Source: Hyphochytrium catenoides
Lineage: Eukaryota; Protista; Hyphochytriomycota
DNA length: 41,960 bases
Reading direction: 5' to 3'
Assembly (NCBI GenBank): GCA_900088475.1
Contig: FLMG01000070.1
Span: 1-41,960, forward strand
The notes below the pieces were generated by a model. The model had not been told where the DNA came from. It searched no databases and saw only the letters and a list, made by a program, of their open reading frames with translations. Positions 1-11,000 of the stretch are shown in pieces (position 1 is the first letter of the stretch; each line of letters starts with the position of its first letter). The position numbers and the translations under genes were made by a program.

Positions 1-39
1 TCCACCCATACAAACTCCAAGTCAATTATTGCAGAGTCG

Positions 40-85
40 AGGCCCTTCAGAAGGGCCTTGATCAAGCAAATGTCCTTCTGAAGGG
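40..85. repeat. Perfect palindrome plus an inverted second copy
   Basis: AGGCCCTTC-A-GAAGGGCCT (40-58) has 9-bp arms. CCCTTCAGAAGG (43-54) is inverted at 74-85 (CCTTCTGAAGGG). Confidence 0.7.
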
Positions 86-302
86 GCTCCGGCGTTCGAG
101 GGTTAATTCCTGGTGCGACCATAAAATCTCATGTACTCTCATTACCAGCATTAACGTGAGAAAGAAAGTCAAGACTAATGCCCACCGTATCTAGTCACCA
201 TTCAGGACCTCAGAAAGCAACGACCAGCACACATCTAATAATTTTATTTAAGCCTTTATTTCAGAGTCCCCCATTGAATATAGGGACCTGTAGACTAGCC
301 TC

Positions 303-621
303 ATGATTTACAAGCTGACAGACCCACCGTCAGAGTTCATTGGGCCGATAAGGAACATGGCCTTCTGCAAGCTGGGCCATGTGAGGCCGCATCGGACCAG
401 TCGTTACTTCTATATCTACCATACACTGCCTGCATTGGGTGACCAGACAGGAAGAGCAGGCCGTGTGGATGAGATTTGACTTGGTGTACCGGGACCCAAG
501 CATGCTACGCCTGGGAGTGGATATGAACGAACCTACCTTTTTTGTTGAAGCCACAGCTGAGCCAGAAGCGCCACTCAGCCAGGACGAGCTTGACGTACTA
601 AGGAAGGAGCTGTTACGCTAG
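303..621 (+). pseudogene. Frameshifted small hypothetical gene
   Basis: ATG at 303 gives MIYKLTDPPSEFIGPIRNMAFCKLGHVRPHRTSRYFYIYHTLPALGDQT. A +1 shift near 445-452 continues EEQAVWMRFDLVYRDPSMLRLG...LRKELLR*. No recognisable family. Confidence 0.4.
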
Positions 622-630
622 CAAAACCTT

Positions 631-638
631 TAAATTGA
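631..638 (+). promoter_or_regulatory. TAAATTGA, one mismatch from the Mimiviridae early promoter AAAATTGA
   Basis: Located about 70 nt upstream of the GIY-YIG ATG (709). The motif is short and could occur by chance. Confidence 0.25.
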
Positions 639-708
639 AGAAAGAGGATTATGCTATAAGAGTATATAGAGGATAATCAAGCGCAGCAGAACTAGCGAAG
701 AAGGACAA

Positions 709-1185
709 ATGACTAATATCTATGTTCTTGCCTGTAAGAAGGGCAAGTATTACGTGGGCAAGTTGGATGACCCAGTAGACCGCATTCAGAATCACTTCTA
801 TAGCCTGGGGAGCCAGTGGACGAAGAAGTTTAAGCCAGTCAGCGTGGTAGAAGTCCATACTAACATGACGCCCTTTGACGAAGACAAATACACCAAGATC
901 TATATGCATCGCTATGGGCTTAATAATGTGCGTGGTGGCTCCTACAGCGCCGTCAACCTTCTGGACTATCAAGTGCGGGCCCTGAAGTTAGAGCTTGCAA
1001 CCGTCTCTGATAGCTGCTATAAGTGCAAAGAAGGAGGACACTTCGCCGCAGAGTGCCCCAGCGCTAACAAGTCACCCACAGAGAGCTCACCGACCGCAGC
1101 CCCACAAAGGAAGAAACGGAGAATGTCTAGAAAGGCAGTCATCAAAGATAATAATGAGCTGTATGGTTCGCTCTTTGCAAAGTGA
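709..1185 (+). CDS. GIY-YIG endonuclease with C-terminal CCHC zinc knuckle (NCLDV-type)
   Basis: IYVL...GKYYVG...R...H...W, DEDKYT..YM..YG.NNVRGG motifs and a CYKCKEGGHFAAEC knuckle. Basic NLS-like RKKRR. Intact and intron-less. Confidence 0.85.
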   Translation: MTNIYVLACKKGKYYVGKLDDPVDRIQNHFYSLGSQWTKKFKPVSVVEVHTNMTPFDEDKYTKIYMHRYGLNNVRGGSYSAVNLLDYQVRALKLELATVSDSCYKCKEGGHFAAECPSANKSPTESSPTAAPQRKKRRMSRKAVIKDNNELYGSLFAK

Positions 1186-1348
1186 CAGCTTCCAATAAGC
1201 AATAGATACTTTTTTGTAGGGTAAAAGGAGGCTGCCCACAACATGGCGCTCTAATCTAGGTTGAGTAAAGGGGCATAATACTACATAAATAAGGCTTCGA
1301 GTTTAGGGCCCAAAGGTAGTAAAGGAAGAACTGGATTCCCCCTCCCAA

Positions 1349-2176
1349 TTGCGAGGCACATATTTTGGACTGGACTGCATCGACAGGTCAGCAGTTTTTT
1401 TGTGGGTTCAAGGTCAGCAGTTTTTAGTGCTTGACTCAACAGGAAGGACTAACCGGATTGATAAAGTGCTAGTTCATGGCAAACGCACTTCAAGAACAAC
1501 CTTTCTATCAACCTCATCAACGCCATGGTACTATGCCATCGACTTTGAATCGTGGAGTGAAGGTGAAGAGCTTATTGCTTCGGGAATATACCATGACAAG
1601 ATTACTGGAGCGACGTACGACCTTGATGCAATCGGTGTGGATCTAGTTATGGCAGCCTATGATGTTAAGGTCGAAGCCAGAGTCGTGAAGACCTGGATCC
1701 GCATTCCTTTCCTGTTCCTGGTCATTGTTGCCGGCATATGCCTCCTGGCGCTGGTAATGGAGGTCATCTCGCGTGCTCATGTGCCTCTCGTCTACCAAAG
1801 GAGCATATATGAACTGCTTTGCCTAATGGCAACGAGGGAGGGTCCTGGTGACGGTGTGAAGAACCAGGAGATCGACAACAAACAACAAAGGAGTGAGCCT
1901 AAAATTGAAGCTATGGCCTGGGAGCTCGTTGGCAGGACAGATGTCATGTGGCGGGGTAACGATGTGTACCTGAGTCCTGTAGGAATGGACGAAATAGTAA
2001 CTTTGCAGCAGATTCCTATGGGCGCTTGTGAGCGTCCAGACACGTCTCTATCGGAACTTGCCAAGCGCTCAGAAAGCAACAATGCTGATGCAATTGATGA
2101 GCAGGCTACGCGACCAGGACACTTACGCTATTCTAAGAACTACCATGTCGTACTTAGTCCATCCCGTGAGCCATAG
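1349..2176 (+). CDS. Hypothetical protein with one transmembrane segment, probably 5'-truncated
   Basis: 275-codon open frame starting at TTG. Hydrophobic stretch WIRIPFLFLVIVAGICLLALVMEVI. No family recognised. Confidence 0.45.
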   Translation: MRGTYFGLDCIDRSAVFLWVQGQQFLVLDSTGRTNRIDKVLVHGKRTSRTTFLSTSSTPWYYAIDFESWSEGEELIASGIYHDKITGATYDLDAIGVDLVMAAYDVKVEARVVKTWIRIPFLFLVIVAGICLLALVMEVISRAHVPLVYQRSIYELLCLMATREGPGDGVKNQEIDNKQQRSEPKIEAMAWELVGRTDVMWRGNDVYLSPVGMDEIVTLQQIPMGACERPDTSLSELAKRSESNNADAIDEQATRPGHLRYSKNYHVVLSPSREP

Positions 2177-2365
2177 TGTGATCAAGTGTCTCCTATGTTA
2201 AGTCTTAAGTAAGAAACATACTTTTTCGGACCCTGTATAACTCTTAAGGTTTGCCAAGTATATGCTTCAGCCCAAACTTTGTGAGCCTGTTAGCATATGA
2301 GGAGCTTAGCTTGAAAAAACGACTTTGTTGATGAGGCCACGGTTGCCCACACATTGCAAGCTAAC

Positions 2366-2866
2366 TTAATATAGGTCTAATATCGATGCCACTCGCTGCC
2401 GAAGCCACCTACGAAAGTACTGCTTGTCATCGGGTATGCGTTCAACTACTGCCCAGATATACCGTCGGAGCTTGGAGTTTACAGGGACAATTTGAGTCTG
2501 GAAGAGCCATCTGAGACTCCTTACGCTACCAGATAGCAGGGCCTCCGCGACTGCACCTCGAAGGCAGGACGCCTCAAACGAAGTTGTCCATGGATGCCTG
2601 CAGGTACAATTATCCCTACAGTTCGTCTGAGACAGCTCCAGCTTGTGACGAGCTATCATAGGTGTTAGCCAATTAAGTATGTCCATATCTCCCCGGGCTA
2701 ACGAATCGCGAAGAACAGTCTGAAGTGAAAGCCCACCCAGACCGCTTGTCGCGTAAACCCACTGGAGCTTATCGAGTCTCCAGTTGCGGGAGGACTTATA
2801 ATGAGCCAGGCTTCTGGAAGTGGTAAGACCAAGCTCCAGGACAGCCTTGAATTGATGAATGCTCAC
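2366..2866 (-). pseudogene. Ankyrin-like repeat protein fragment (5'-truncated)
   Basis: Degenerate repeats LDKLQWV, SLARGDMDILNWL and ALLSGSVRSLRWL. No ATG start. The 5' end runs into the antisense Ulp1 gene. Confidence 0.5.
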
Positions 2867-4629
2867 CGAGCTCCTCGCAAGTTTGGTCCTGCTCCACTGG
2901 CCCGCAGGGGCTTGGCCCGCCCTTCACCGACAATGACACCAACTGAATCCTTTGACCGTGAGGAGGTGCTTCCTCTTAGTAAAACAGGGAAGGTCAAGCT
3001 GGGAGAGAGCATAAAACTCTCAGCGCCGGATCCTGTTATTTTGCGGAACCTTCTTACGAAAGTGACACCCGGACACGCTTCTGTGAGCGGTCAATATGAG
3101 GATCAGAGAAGTGGAGCGAAGGACATAGCGAGCAGTGCGAATGTTCCGGCCTGTAGGCGGCCTCAAATATGCACAGGGTGTGGGCACTTTCGTGCAGCCT
3201 TCAGTGAGTATCACCACTTTAGGTCACAGAAGAACGCTGGAGCCTCCTCAGGGGAACAGAAAAAATGCACGAACCCTAGCGTGCGGCAAGGTTATCCTTA
3301 CCAGAAGACCCCAAAGCGAAAGCGGAATGACTATGATCCCTGCATGTGTGAACGATGTGCGTCTTATTGTGATTCCTGGGCGGCGGCTGGCTCTCTGTCA
3401 TCAACTGCAGGCCCACCAAACCCACCAAACAACCTTGGAAAAGGTAACGCTATTTGGCTGCTCCACCCGCGTAGTAAGGCACCTGGTGAGGCTATCATCG
3501 CTGACCTCTACTTCTTTGGTGTATCCAGGCGAGCTTCATCCAGCATTACTTACAAGAGAAAGCTTAAAAAGGGTCAAAATTGCCTCAGCCACTTCCCTTG
3601 TTGATAGTCACCTATCTATTGACACTCCACCTTTGGAGACTTTTCATTTGAAGGAAGATCACAAGCGCCTACTGAAGACAATGCTGTACGGAAGGAATGC
3701 GAATGGAAAGCAGGAAATTAAGCTTTTGGGAGCTGACAGCACCTTGGAAAAGTTATGGTGCCTCAGACCTGAGAGATGGCTGAACGATGAGGTACTTTGG
3801 CGACATTATGTCTGGCAGCTCTCTCCGATCTCTAGCTCTCTCAAAACTTATGCAAGATCGCTAACAATAATGTGCTTCCCTTTACATAGGTGATAAACGC
3901 TTTCATGGGACTTCTACAACGAAGAGCGATAGAAGAGGAGGGAGATTTTTCCCTCTTGAAGGAAGGGCGTAATCATGGTACACTTCGAAAAAGCAGAACA
4001 TCTTCTTGTCCTCCTTTTTCTACACAAAGCTGACTCTAAAAGAAGATGGCTATGACTGCGTCAAGAGATGGCCGTCGGTCAGAAATGCACCACTCTTCTC
4101 CAATGATATTTCGTTGAAGCTTGTTATACCGCTGTATATTGGGAACAATCATTGGACTCTAGCAATTATTGACTTCAGAAAACGGACGGTTTTCTATTTT
4201 GATCCTCTGGGTTACGACGGTAGCTCGCAGTATAGAAGGCTCATTGGTTTTCTTGAACGAGAGATGCATACAAGAGGGATAGGGCTAGAACAGCATCGCC
4301 GAGAGATGGCTGAATGGAGACTGGTTCATGCAGTACCTAAAATGGCACCGGGCCAAACCAACGGCTACGACTGTGGAGTCTTCGTGTGTATGTATGCGTA
4401 CTATGCGGGCCTGCTTAACCAGGTGAGTCCCGATGAGCGTTTCTGAGTGACAATTGAGGGAGCCCGACAGAATAGTACTAAAGACAGATATGGTTGTGTT
4501 GCCTGTCGTCTGCTCCAGGATGCTGCAGGGAAGTTCACTCAGAATGATTGCCCGCGCCTAAGAGCACTGCTAGGGCTGACCATGCTGCTCACAAACCTGG
4601 AGCCGTTGATGGAGAGAGACGCTCTGTAG
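2801..4629 (+). pseudogene. Ulp1/SENP-like (peptidase C48) SUMO protease with an upstream Cys/His-rich region; 3 introns, 1 frameshift
   Basis: Introns 3444-3528, 3792-3889 and 4423-4518 join in frame to give LRPERWLNDE|VINAFMGLL, SSFFYTKL, catalytic NNHWTL / YFDPL / QTNGYDCGVF, and FTQNDCPRLR. One base appears to be missing at the A5 run 3988-3992. Confidence 0.8.
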
Positions 4630-4763
4630 TAGCAGAAAAAGTAAGGAAACGAGCTCCCGACAGCTACTTCCTGACGCTAGCACCAAGGTTTCATTGATCT
4701 GGCCTTATGAATCTGCCACAATATCAATAATACTATTCTGCTTGGCTCTGCAAGCGCTGTCCT

Positions 4764-5408
4764 CTAAGTCTGTGAAGTCATCTCGTACCTGATTATAAAG
4801 ATGCAAGGACGCATTTTACGGTAACAAATAGGGGCGACGGCAGGGGGTAGGAAGAGCGAAGAAGAGAGGGTAGGAAGGAGGATGTAGCACATCCCGCTAT
4901 CAACAAGGGCTTCCTTAAGACGACGCTGGAAGAGGAGATAATCACTTAGCCTCCTGGGACCTACCAGTGATCCATTGCTGAATTCGCGTAACCATCCGTC
5001 GGTATCGGCGAGCTTGGTGGAGGCAACGAGAGTGACCGAAGGGAGCTCCGCACTTCTTCTCGGAGGGTCAAGCGTGATGAGACAAGGGACTTCTACTGCT
5101 GCTCCATTGAGGACTGCTCCAATGCTTTTGAGATTGCTCATTTGCTATGACTGCCACTCTATTATCACCTCCCGCCACCTCTAGAACTACGTTATTACCC
5201 AGCTCATGAGAGCAAGGAGCACGCGGAGGCACAACTCTCCATCGCAGCGTAAGTGATCCATTAGCCTCGAAGTAGACGAAAGACGAAAAGGCGCAGCAAC
5301 GTTTTTGAGAGACTTCAAGGAGATTGTGAGGATGTGATGATCCATTCAGCAGCTCATTCAGCCCCCAGAATACCAAGGGATAGCACGACAATTGAAGCCG
5401 CCTTCCAT
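4764..5408 (-). pseudogene. Frameshifted hypothetical gene
   Basis: ATG at 5408. Overlapping ORFs 5068-5391 and 4764-5141 join plausibly through a 1-nt shift at the A-run 5126-5129 (..IANEQSQ/SIGAVLNGAAVEVPCL..). Confidence 0.35.
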
Positions 5409-5414
5409 AGGACT

Positions 5415-5590
5415 TTTGAGGGCATCACTTCAGCCAATCAGAGGAGATCCTAAGCCGCTAACGTCTAGTGTTATCAACAACAATAGCCGTGAACGCATAG
5501 TGTTATCAAAAGGATCTTCGTGATTGGCCAAGGGCCAGATGCGTTAATGCTCCACTCTGCCCCAGAGATTCCGCTGGAATTGCCCTCAAA
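5415..5590. repeat. Nested inverted and direct repeat element
   Basis: Outer IR TTTGAGGGCA (5415-5424) / TGCCCTCAAA (5581-5590). Inner imperfect IR GCCAATCAGAGGAGATCCT (5433-5451) / AGGATCTTCGTGATTGGC (5511-5528). Direct repeat TAGTGTTATCAA at 5466 and 5498. Confidence 0.75.
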
Positions 5591-5880
5591 CTCTCATTTC
5601 CCATTCCGCCCGCCAGACCTTAGCCACCTTGCCATACCGCCATGTCTTGTGGCAGCTTTGGCGGAGTGGATCCTTCTCTAAGGTGTTAACTATGGACAAA
5701 TAAATGGCAACCAAGAAATGGGCCACACCTTGATAGAGGTCGCATGGGCCTTTGGTGCGGCAATGCTGTTCGATTGAGTCTAACTAACACTTAGACTATC
5801 TTGCATACTACAACAGCAACGAAGCCATATATTCTCTGTAGTGTACAACGTTTTCTCTTCTCTCCTCTTTCTTCCTCCTT

Positions 5881-6757
5881 TTATTTTTTGGTCTCTCCTA
5901 GAGTAACCCTAGCCATTATTTGGATGCAAGCATTGTGGCTATACAGCCATTGCGCAAGTTTCAGACTACCCCCGTGTTCAAGAACCCCTTGGAGAAAATT
6001 AGGATTGAGATCTCTTAGAACCTCTTCAGGGCAGGGACCTTTGGATTCAAGCCACTCCAGGTGTTGACGTTTTCTTGGTCCTTCCATTATTACCTCTCTC
6101 CAGAGACTAGCGTTTGGAGTTAAGTACTGCGGGTATAGGGAGTACAGACATTCAAAGTCCTCCACAGACTCCATCCATTCAAAGCACGTTAAAGCTTGTC
6201 CTCTGTTAAGGACCATACCGTGCTCAACCAAATAGCGAATCTTGCGGGCCGTGTCCTCACCTGGCCGGCAGTACTCTTCGATCCCTTCCAATAGGTTATT
6301 GAAGCTGTTCCGGAAAAGGTCTGGGACTCTCTCTTCTAACCAGTGCATGACTGGGGCCGGACAATTCTGTACCATCAAATTCACTGGCTCCTCATCAATA
6401 TCGTCCCATACGGTACCAGGCACTCTGGCAAAGAGCCAATCTAATGTAGTTATCTTCCGTGCCCAGTAAAAGCCAAACATCACGTCATCACTCTGGATGG
6501 GGAAGCGTTCATATAACCAATTCAGCACCCTGACATCACCACTCTTAACTGCTTCCAGAAACAAGGGGAAATCTGCACTCTCAACTGCTTTGACAAACCA
6601 GTCTTCATCTCCATCATCCTTGTATAATTCCTTAACTCCAAATGTATTGTCAATCCATTGTACAACTTCCAACTGTCCGGCTTTTGCAGCGTGATAAGCC
6701 ATGTTGTTAATGAGATCAGCTTCGAGACTACTTGGGTATCTCTGATACAGCCACTCA
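5881..6757 (-). CDS. Ankyrin-like repeat protein (giant-virus/protist 'G.LEVLQWL' type), 5' end degenerate
   Basis: AAKAGQLEVVQWI, AVKSGDVRVLNWL and GSLKLAQWL repeats. The frame extends upstream of ATG 6702 (EWLYQRYPSS). Intron-less. Confidence 0.65.
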
Positions 6758-6997
6758 GAGCATCGTTTCAGGGGGAGTATGCTGGGCTGGAGGAGTGGTG
6801 ACTACCATCTCGTTTGGGAATTCTCTGCTAGCGGTAGCAGATCTCTCGACGAAGAAGCGAAAACTCTAATGGTTCCTTTCGGAGCTCCGGAACCGACATG
6901 TCCATGAGAATCTTTAGCACTGACCCCGTCTTCACCTTCCGCGTGGGGTAGCGAAAGGCGTTAAGGTACAAGTTACGCAGCACTGGCTTGCCATGGG

Positions 6998-7874
6998 TAA
7001 TAGCCGTGATTCCGTGATTCCAGATCCCCGCTCAATTTCTTTTCTGTAAGGTACGTTTTGTCGGTTACAAGTACAACACATCGTCTTGTTACTCCCCACT
7101 GTTGGGTGGGGCTGGAGTCTCCTGGTATACTGTACTCCTAAGCACACTCTATGGACATAACCAAGATCTCATCCACTTTTACGACAGCGCTAGGAAGTGG
7201 CCAGAGAAACATGTCATTGGAACGGACTTTGGAAATTACCGTTGCACTTCGAGACAGCACAACCCAACTACGAAGCCAGTGCTTGTTTGCTTCGTCTCTC
7301 AAAGGGTCACACTAATCCAAGTGCCATCGTTGACAGATTATTCCCGCAGAAGGATGATCGAGGAGGTACAATTTGGAAAGAGAATATCTTTATAATATAC
7401 TGACTGCGTCCCCGACAGCATTCAGTGGAGAGTAAACGTTAATAGCCGTGATTCCGTGATTCCACATCCCCGATCAATTTCCTTTTCTGTACGGTACGTT
7501 TTGTCCGTTACAAGTACCACACATCTTCTTGTTACTCTCCACTGTTGGGTGGGGCTGGAGTCTCTTGGCACACTGTACTCTTAGCACACTCTATGGACAT
7601 AACCATGATCCCATTCACTTTACGGCCCAGCACTAGGAGGAAGTGGGCCAGAGAAACATCCAGTCCATAAACGGACTTTGGAAATTACCGTTGCATCGAG
7701 ACAGCACAGCCCAACTAGGAAGCCAGTGCTTGCTTGCTTCGTCTCTCAAAGGGTCACACTAATCCAAGTGCCACCGTTGACACAGATTATACTTGCGGAA
7801 GGATGATTGAGGAGGTACAGGGTTGGAAAGAGAAGAGCTTTATAACTCACTGCGTCCCCGACAGCACCCAGTGG
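6998..7874. repeat. Diverged tandem duplication, about 440-bp unit, 2 copies
   Basis: Copy 1 at 6998-7428 and copy 2 at 7440-7874. Both start TAATAGCCGTGATTCCGTGATTCCA and end CTGCGTCCCCGACAGCA..CAGTGG, with scattered substitutions and indels. Confidence 0.9.
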
Positions 7875-8067
7875 CTGAGGCCGACGGAGCTTCTCCGTTC
7901 TGGTTTGGCCTTAAGCTTATATTTCGAGTCTATTGGGCTGGAGAAGAGAACAGATGCCTTGGCGCCAGACACGCCTGAACTCAGAGGTTTAGGAGATTGA
8001 CACTAAGTTCAACCGTTCATTGGGAAGGACAGTGCGACAGGAGACAGAATCTTTACAGCATCGGAAG

Positions 8068-11000
8068 ATGGCAACATCCACAGAGGAGAATGTTCGTGCT
8101 CTCCCGCGGCTGCTAGGAACTGCAAGCCCCGCAGACCAAAGAGCAGCTGCGAGCCGACTCTTTGAGCTCTCCGTAGATAATAATGACCATAAGGAGCTCA
8201 TCGGGGCTATGGGGGCGATTTCACCCCTGGTAAACATGCTCCCGCTTGTACCAGAGGACGTCAGTGGCTCTGGTGTCACTGCAGCCGGAGTTTTGAGAAG
8301 TCTCTCCTATTACAAGGCTAATAGACCTAGAATCGTCGAGGCAGGTGGTGTTCCGCGATTGCTTGCAAGCCTGCATTCTCGAATCACCAGAGCGAGAGAG
8401 GATACGGCGGTCACTCTCTGGAACCTTTAATTAGACAATAATTGTGCCTCTGACATAGCTGACCGGGGAGGTGTTGAAGCAATGACCATGTTGTTGGGAG
8501 GAACTGGGGAAGAGGAGAGACAAGCAGCAGCAGGGACATTGGCGAACCTCGCGAGGGATCCAACATACAACCTGTTAATTGGCGAATCTGCTGGAACCAT
8601 TACAGCCCTCGTACAGCTGTTAAACAGCCCAACAAGCAGCACAAGAGAGCAAGGAGCCCTTGCCATCAGCATGCTAGCGCTTAACGACCGGAATAGAGAG
8701 ATAATGAGTGGAGAAGGAGTGATCCCGTTGCTAACCGATCTTCTGAATGGTGGAACCCGGTCAGACATGGAGGCTGGCAGCGCAGCCATCATGAACCTCT
8801 CCCATCAGAACAATCTGTTGCAGTTCTGGGTAGCGGAAGAAGGCCAAGGAACTATCCAGTCTCTCGTTAGTCTCTTGAGCTCAGGAACACTTCTAGCAAA
8901 AGAACATACCTACGGAGCTCTTCTGAACCTTTGCAATGGAAACGACTTGGTTAAACAAGCGACAGTTGATAATGGAGCCCTGGTTCCACTAGCCCAATTG
9001 CTTCACACGGAAGAAAAGACTGTAGCCCACGAACATGCTGAATCGCTGCTCTCTGAGCTATTGACTTTACCTGGTGTATGGGATGCTTATGAAGCAGAGA
9101 AGGAAAGAGTTCGAAAGAGCATAGAAGCCACAGAACTCCAAGCACAGCTTGAATGAGCAAGACCTGAAGCTGGAAGCGGAGCGAACAGAGAGAATTGTGG
9201 CTACACTGCAGAGTAGGGGACCGCTGGAGCTTTATGAGCTGGTCAGTCAATTGTCTGCACAACGTCTAACGGCTCGAGACATATGGAATCAGCTATTTGG
9301 ACTGAATAGTGACATCTTTCTTCACCCAACGCCTGTTCCCCCAGAGCTCCAGAGAGGTTGTGACATAATTCCTGGTGACCTTGTTCAGGCCTACAGATTC
9401 TTCGAGGCTGCCAATAATGCGGTAGACGACAGAGAAGGGCTAAAGCTGGTCTGCCGGGCTTTACTCCTGGATCCAGAGGTTACGAACGATGCGTGGTACT
9501 CGCGCCTCCTAGCTATTGGCAGAACACAAGCCTTACCGAGTGCCACAATGCCTCTGTTGTTCTCCTTGTGTGTTCTCATGGATGCTTCTAATGATGAAGA
9601 TGACTGGCAGCTGGCTCGCTCCTACGCATTGGCATTGCTTTGCGTAAAGGACGAGAAGGTGCGGGTTCCAGAGACCTGGAAGAAGATGCTAGGGGAAATT
9701 ATCCTCCGACGTCATCAGACACTGTCTGCCGGCCGCACAATGGGGAGAAGTAGCAGCCGGCGTGGTAGTGGCAGTGCTCGTGGCAGTGGAAGCAATCGTG
9801 ACCTAGTTGCTTCTCCCGAGCAGCAATGGGAGGATGAGAAGAAACAGACTTCGGCTCAAAATCGCGGACTAGATGAGATTATGAAGATGACGGGACTTAA
9901 GGAAGTGAAAGAGCAACTCCTGGACATGTACTTCAGCGTCATGATCGCTAAAGAACAAGGAGTGTCACTAGCGAAGAAGCGGTACGGTGCCCTACTGACA
10001 GGCAACCCAGGCACAGGGAAGACAACGGTTGCCCGGTACTATGCGAACTTTCTATGTGACTTGCAAGCGATCCCCGGATCTGGCTTCGTAGAAACCACCG
10101 GCTCCCAGCTCAACAGTGAAGGTGTGGATGGCTTTAAGAAGATGCTGGCCAGCATTCAACAGAAGGGAGGCGGACTACTCTTTATAGATGAGGCTTACCA
10201 ACTGAACCCCAAAATTGAGCTAAATGGAGGCCGGATTCTTGACCTGTTGTTAACAGAGATTGACAAGTACGTCGGGAGCCTGGTAGTCGTGTTTGCAGGC
10301 TATAAGAACCAAATTGAGAAGCTCATTGAGCATAATGAAGGGCTGCCAGTGCGGTTTCCCTATACTATGAACTTCTTGGACTATACGGAGACGGAGTTAC
10401 TTGGAATAATGCAAACAACCATGCGAAACAGTTTCCCATCTGGTAGGCCAGTCGTTTTAGAGGGAGGAGTAGACGGGGCCCCGCTCTCTCCTCTGCGCAT
10501 TGCTGTCAAACGATTGGCGCGCGGAAGTGGTAAACCGGGTTTTGCAAATGCAAAGTCGGTCCAACTTCTATGGGAACAGATTAGAGAGCGTCAATCCAGG
10601 CGGTTGGCGCATAGCAGACGAATCAGAAACAGCAGTGGTAGTGAGGACATCTTCTTTATTTCTCAGCAAGATATCATTGGTCCTCCTCCCGATGATGCTT
10701 TAGCGAAGTCGGAAGCCTGGAAGACACTGAACAGCATGATCGGCCTCACGCGAGTAAAGGAGATTGTGCATACTCTGGCGCAAACCATGGTAGGAAACTA
10801 TGACCTGGAGCTACATGGAATGGAGCCAACTAGCTTGCCCCTGAACTGGCTCTTTCTAGGAAACCCAGGGACAGGGAAAACCACAGTGGCAACCCTATTT
10901 GGCAAGATCTTAAGCGAGTTAGGGTTGCTCAGTAATGGAGAAGTCATACTTAAGACTCCGAGTGACTTTATCGGCACGGCCATTGGGCAGTCCGAGGAGA

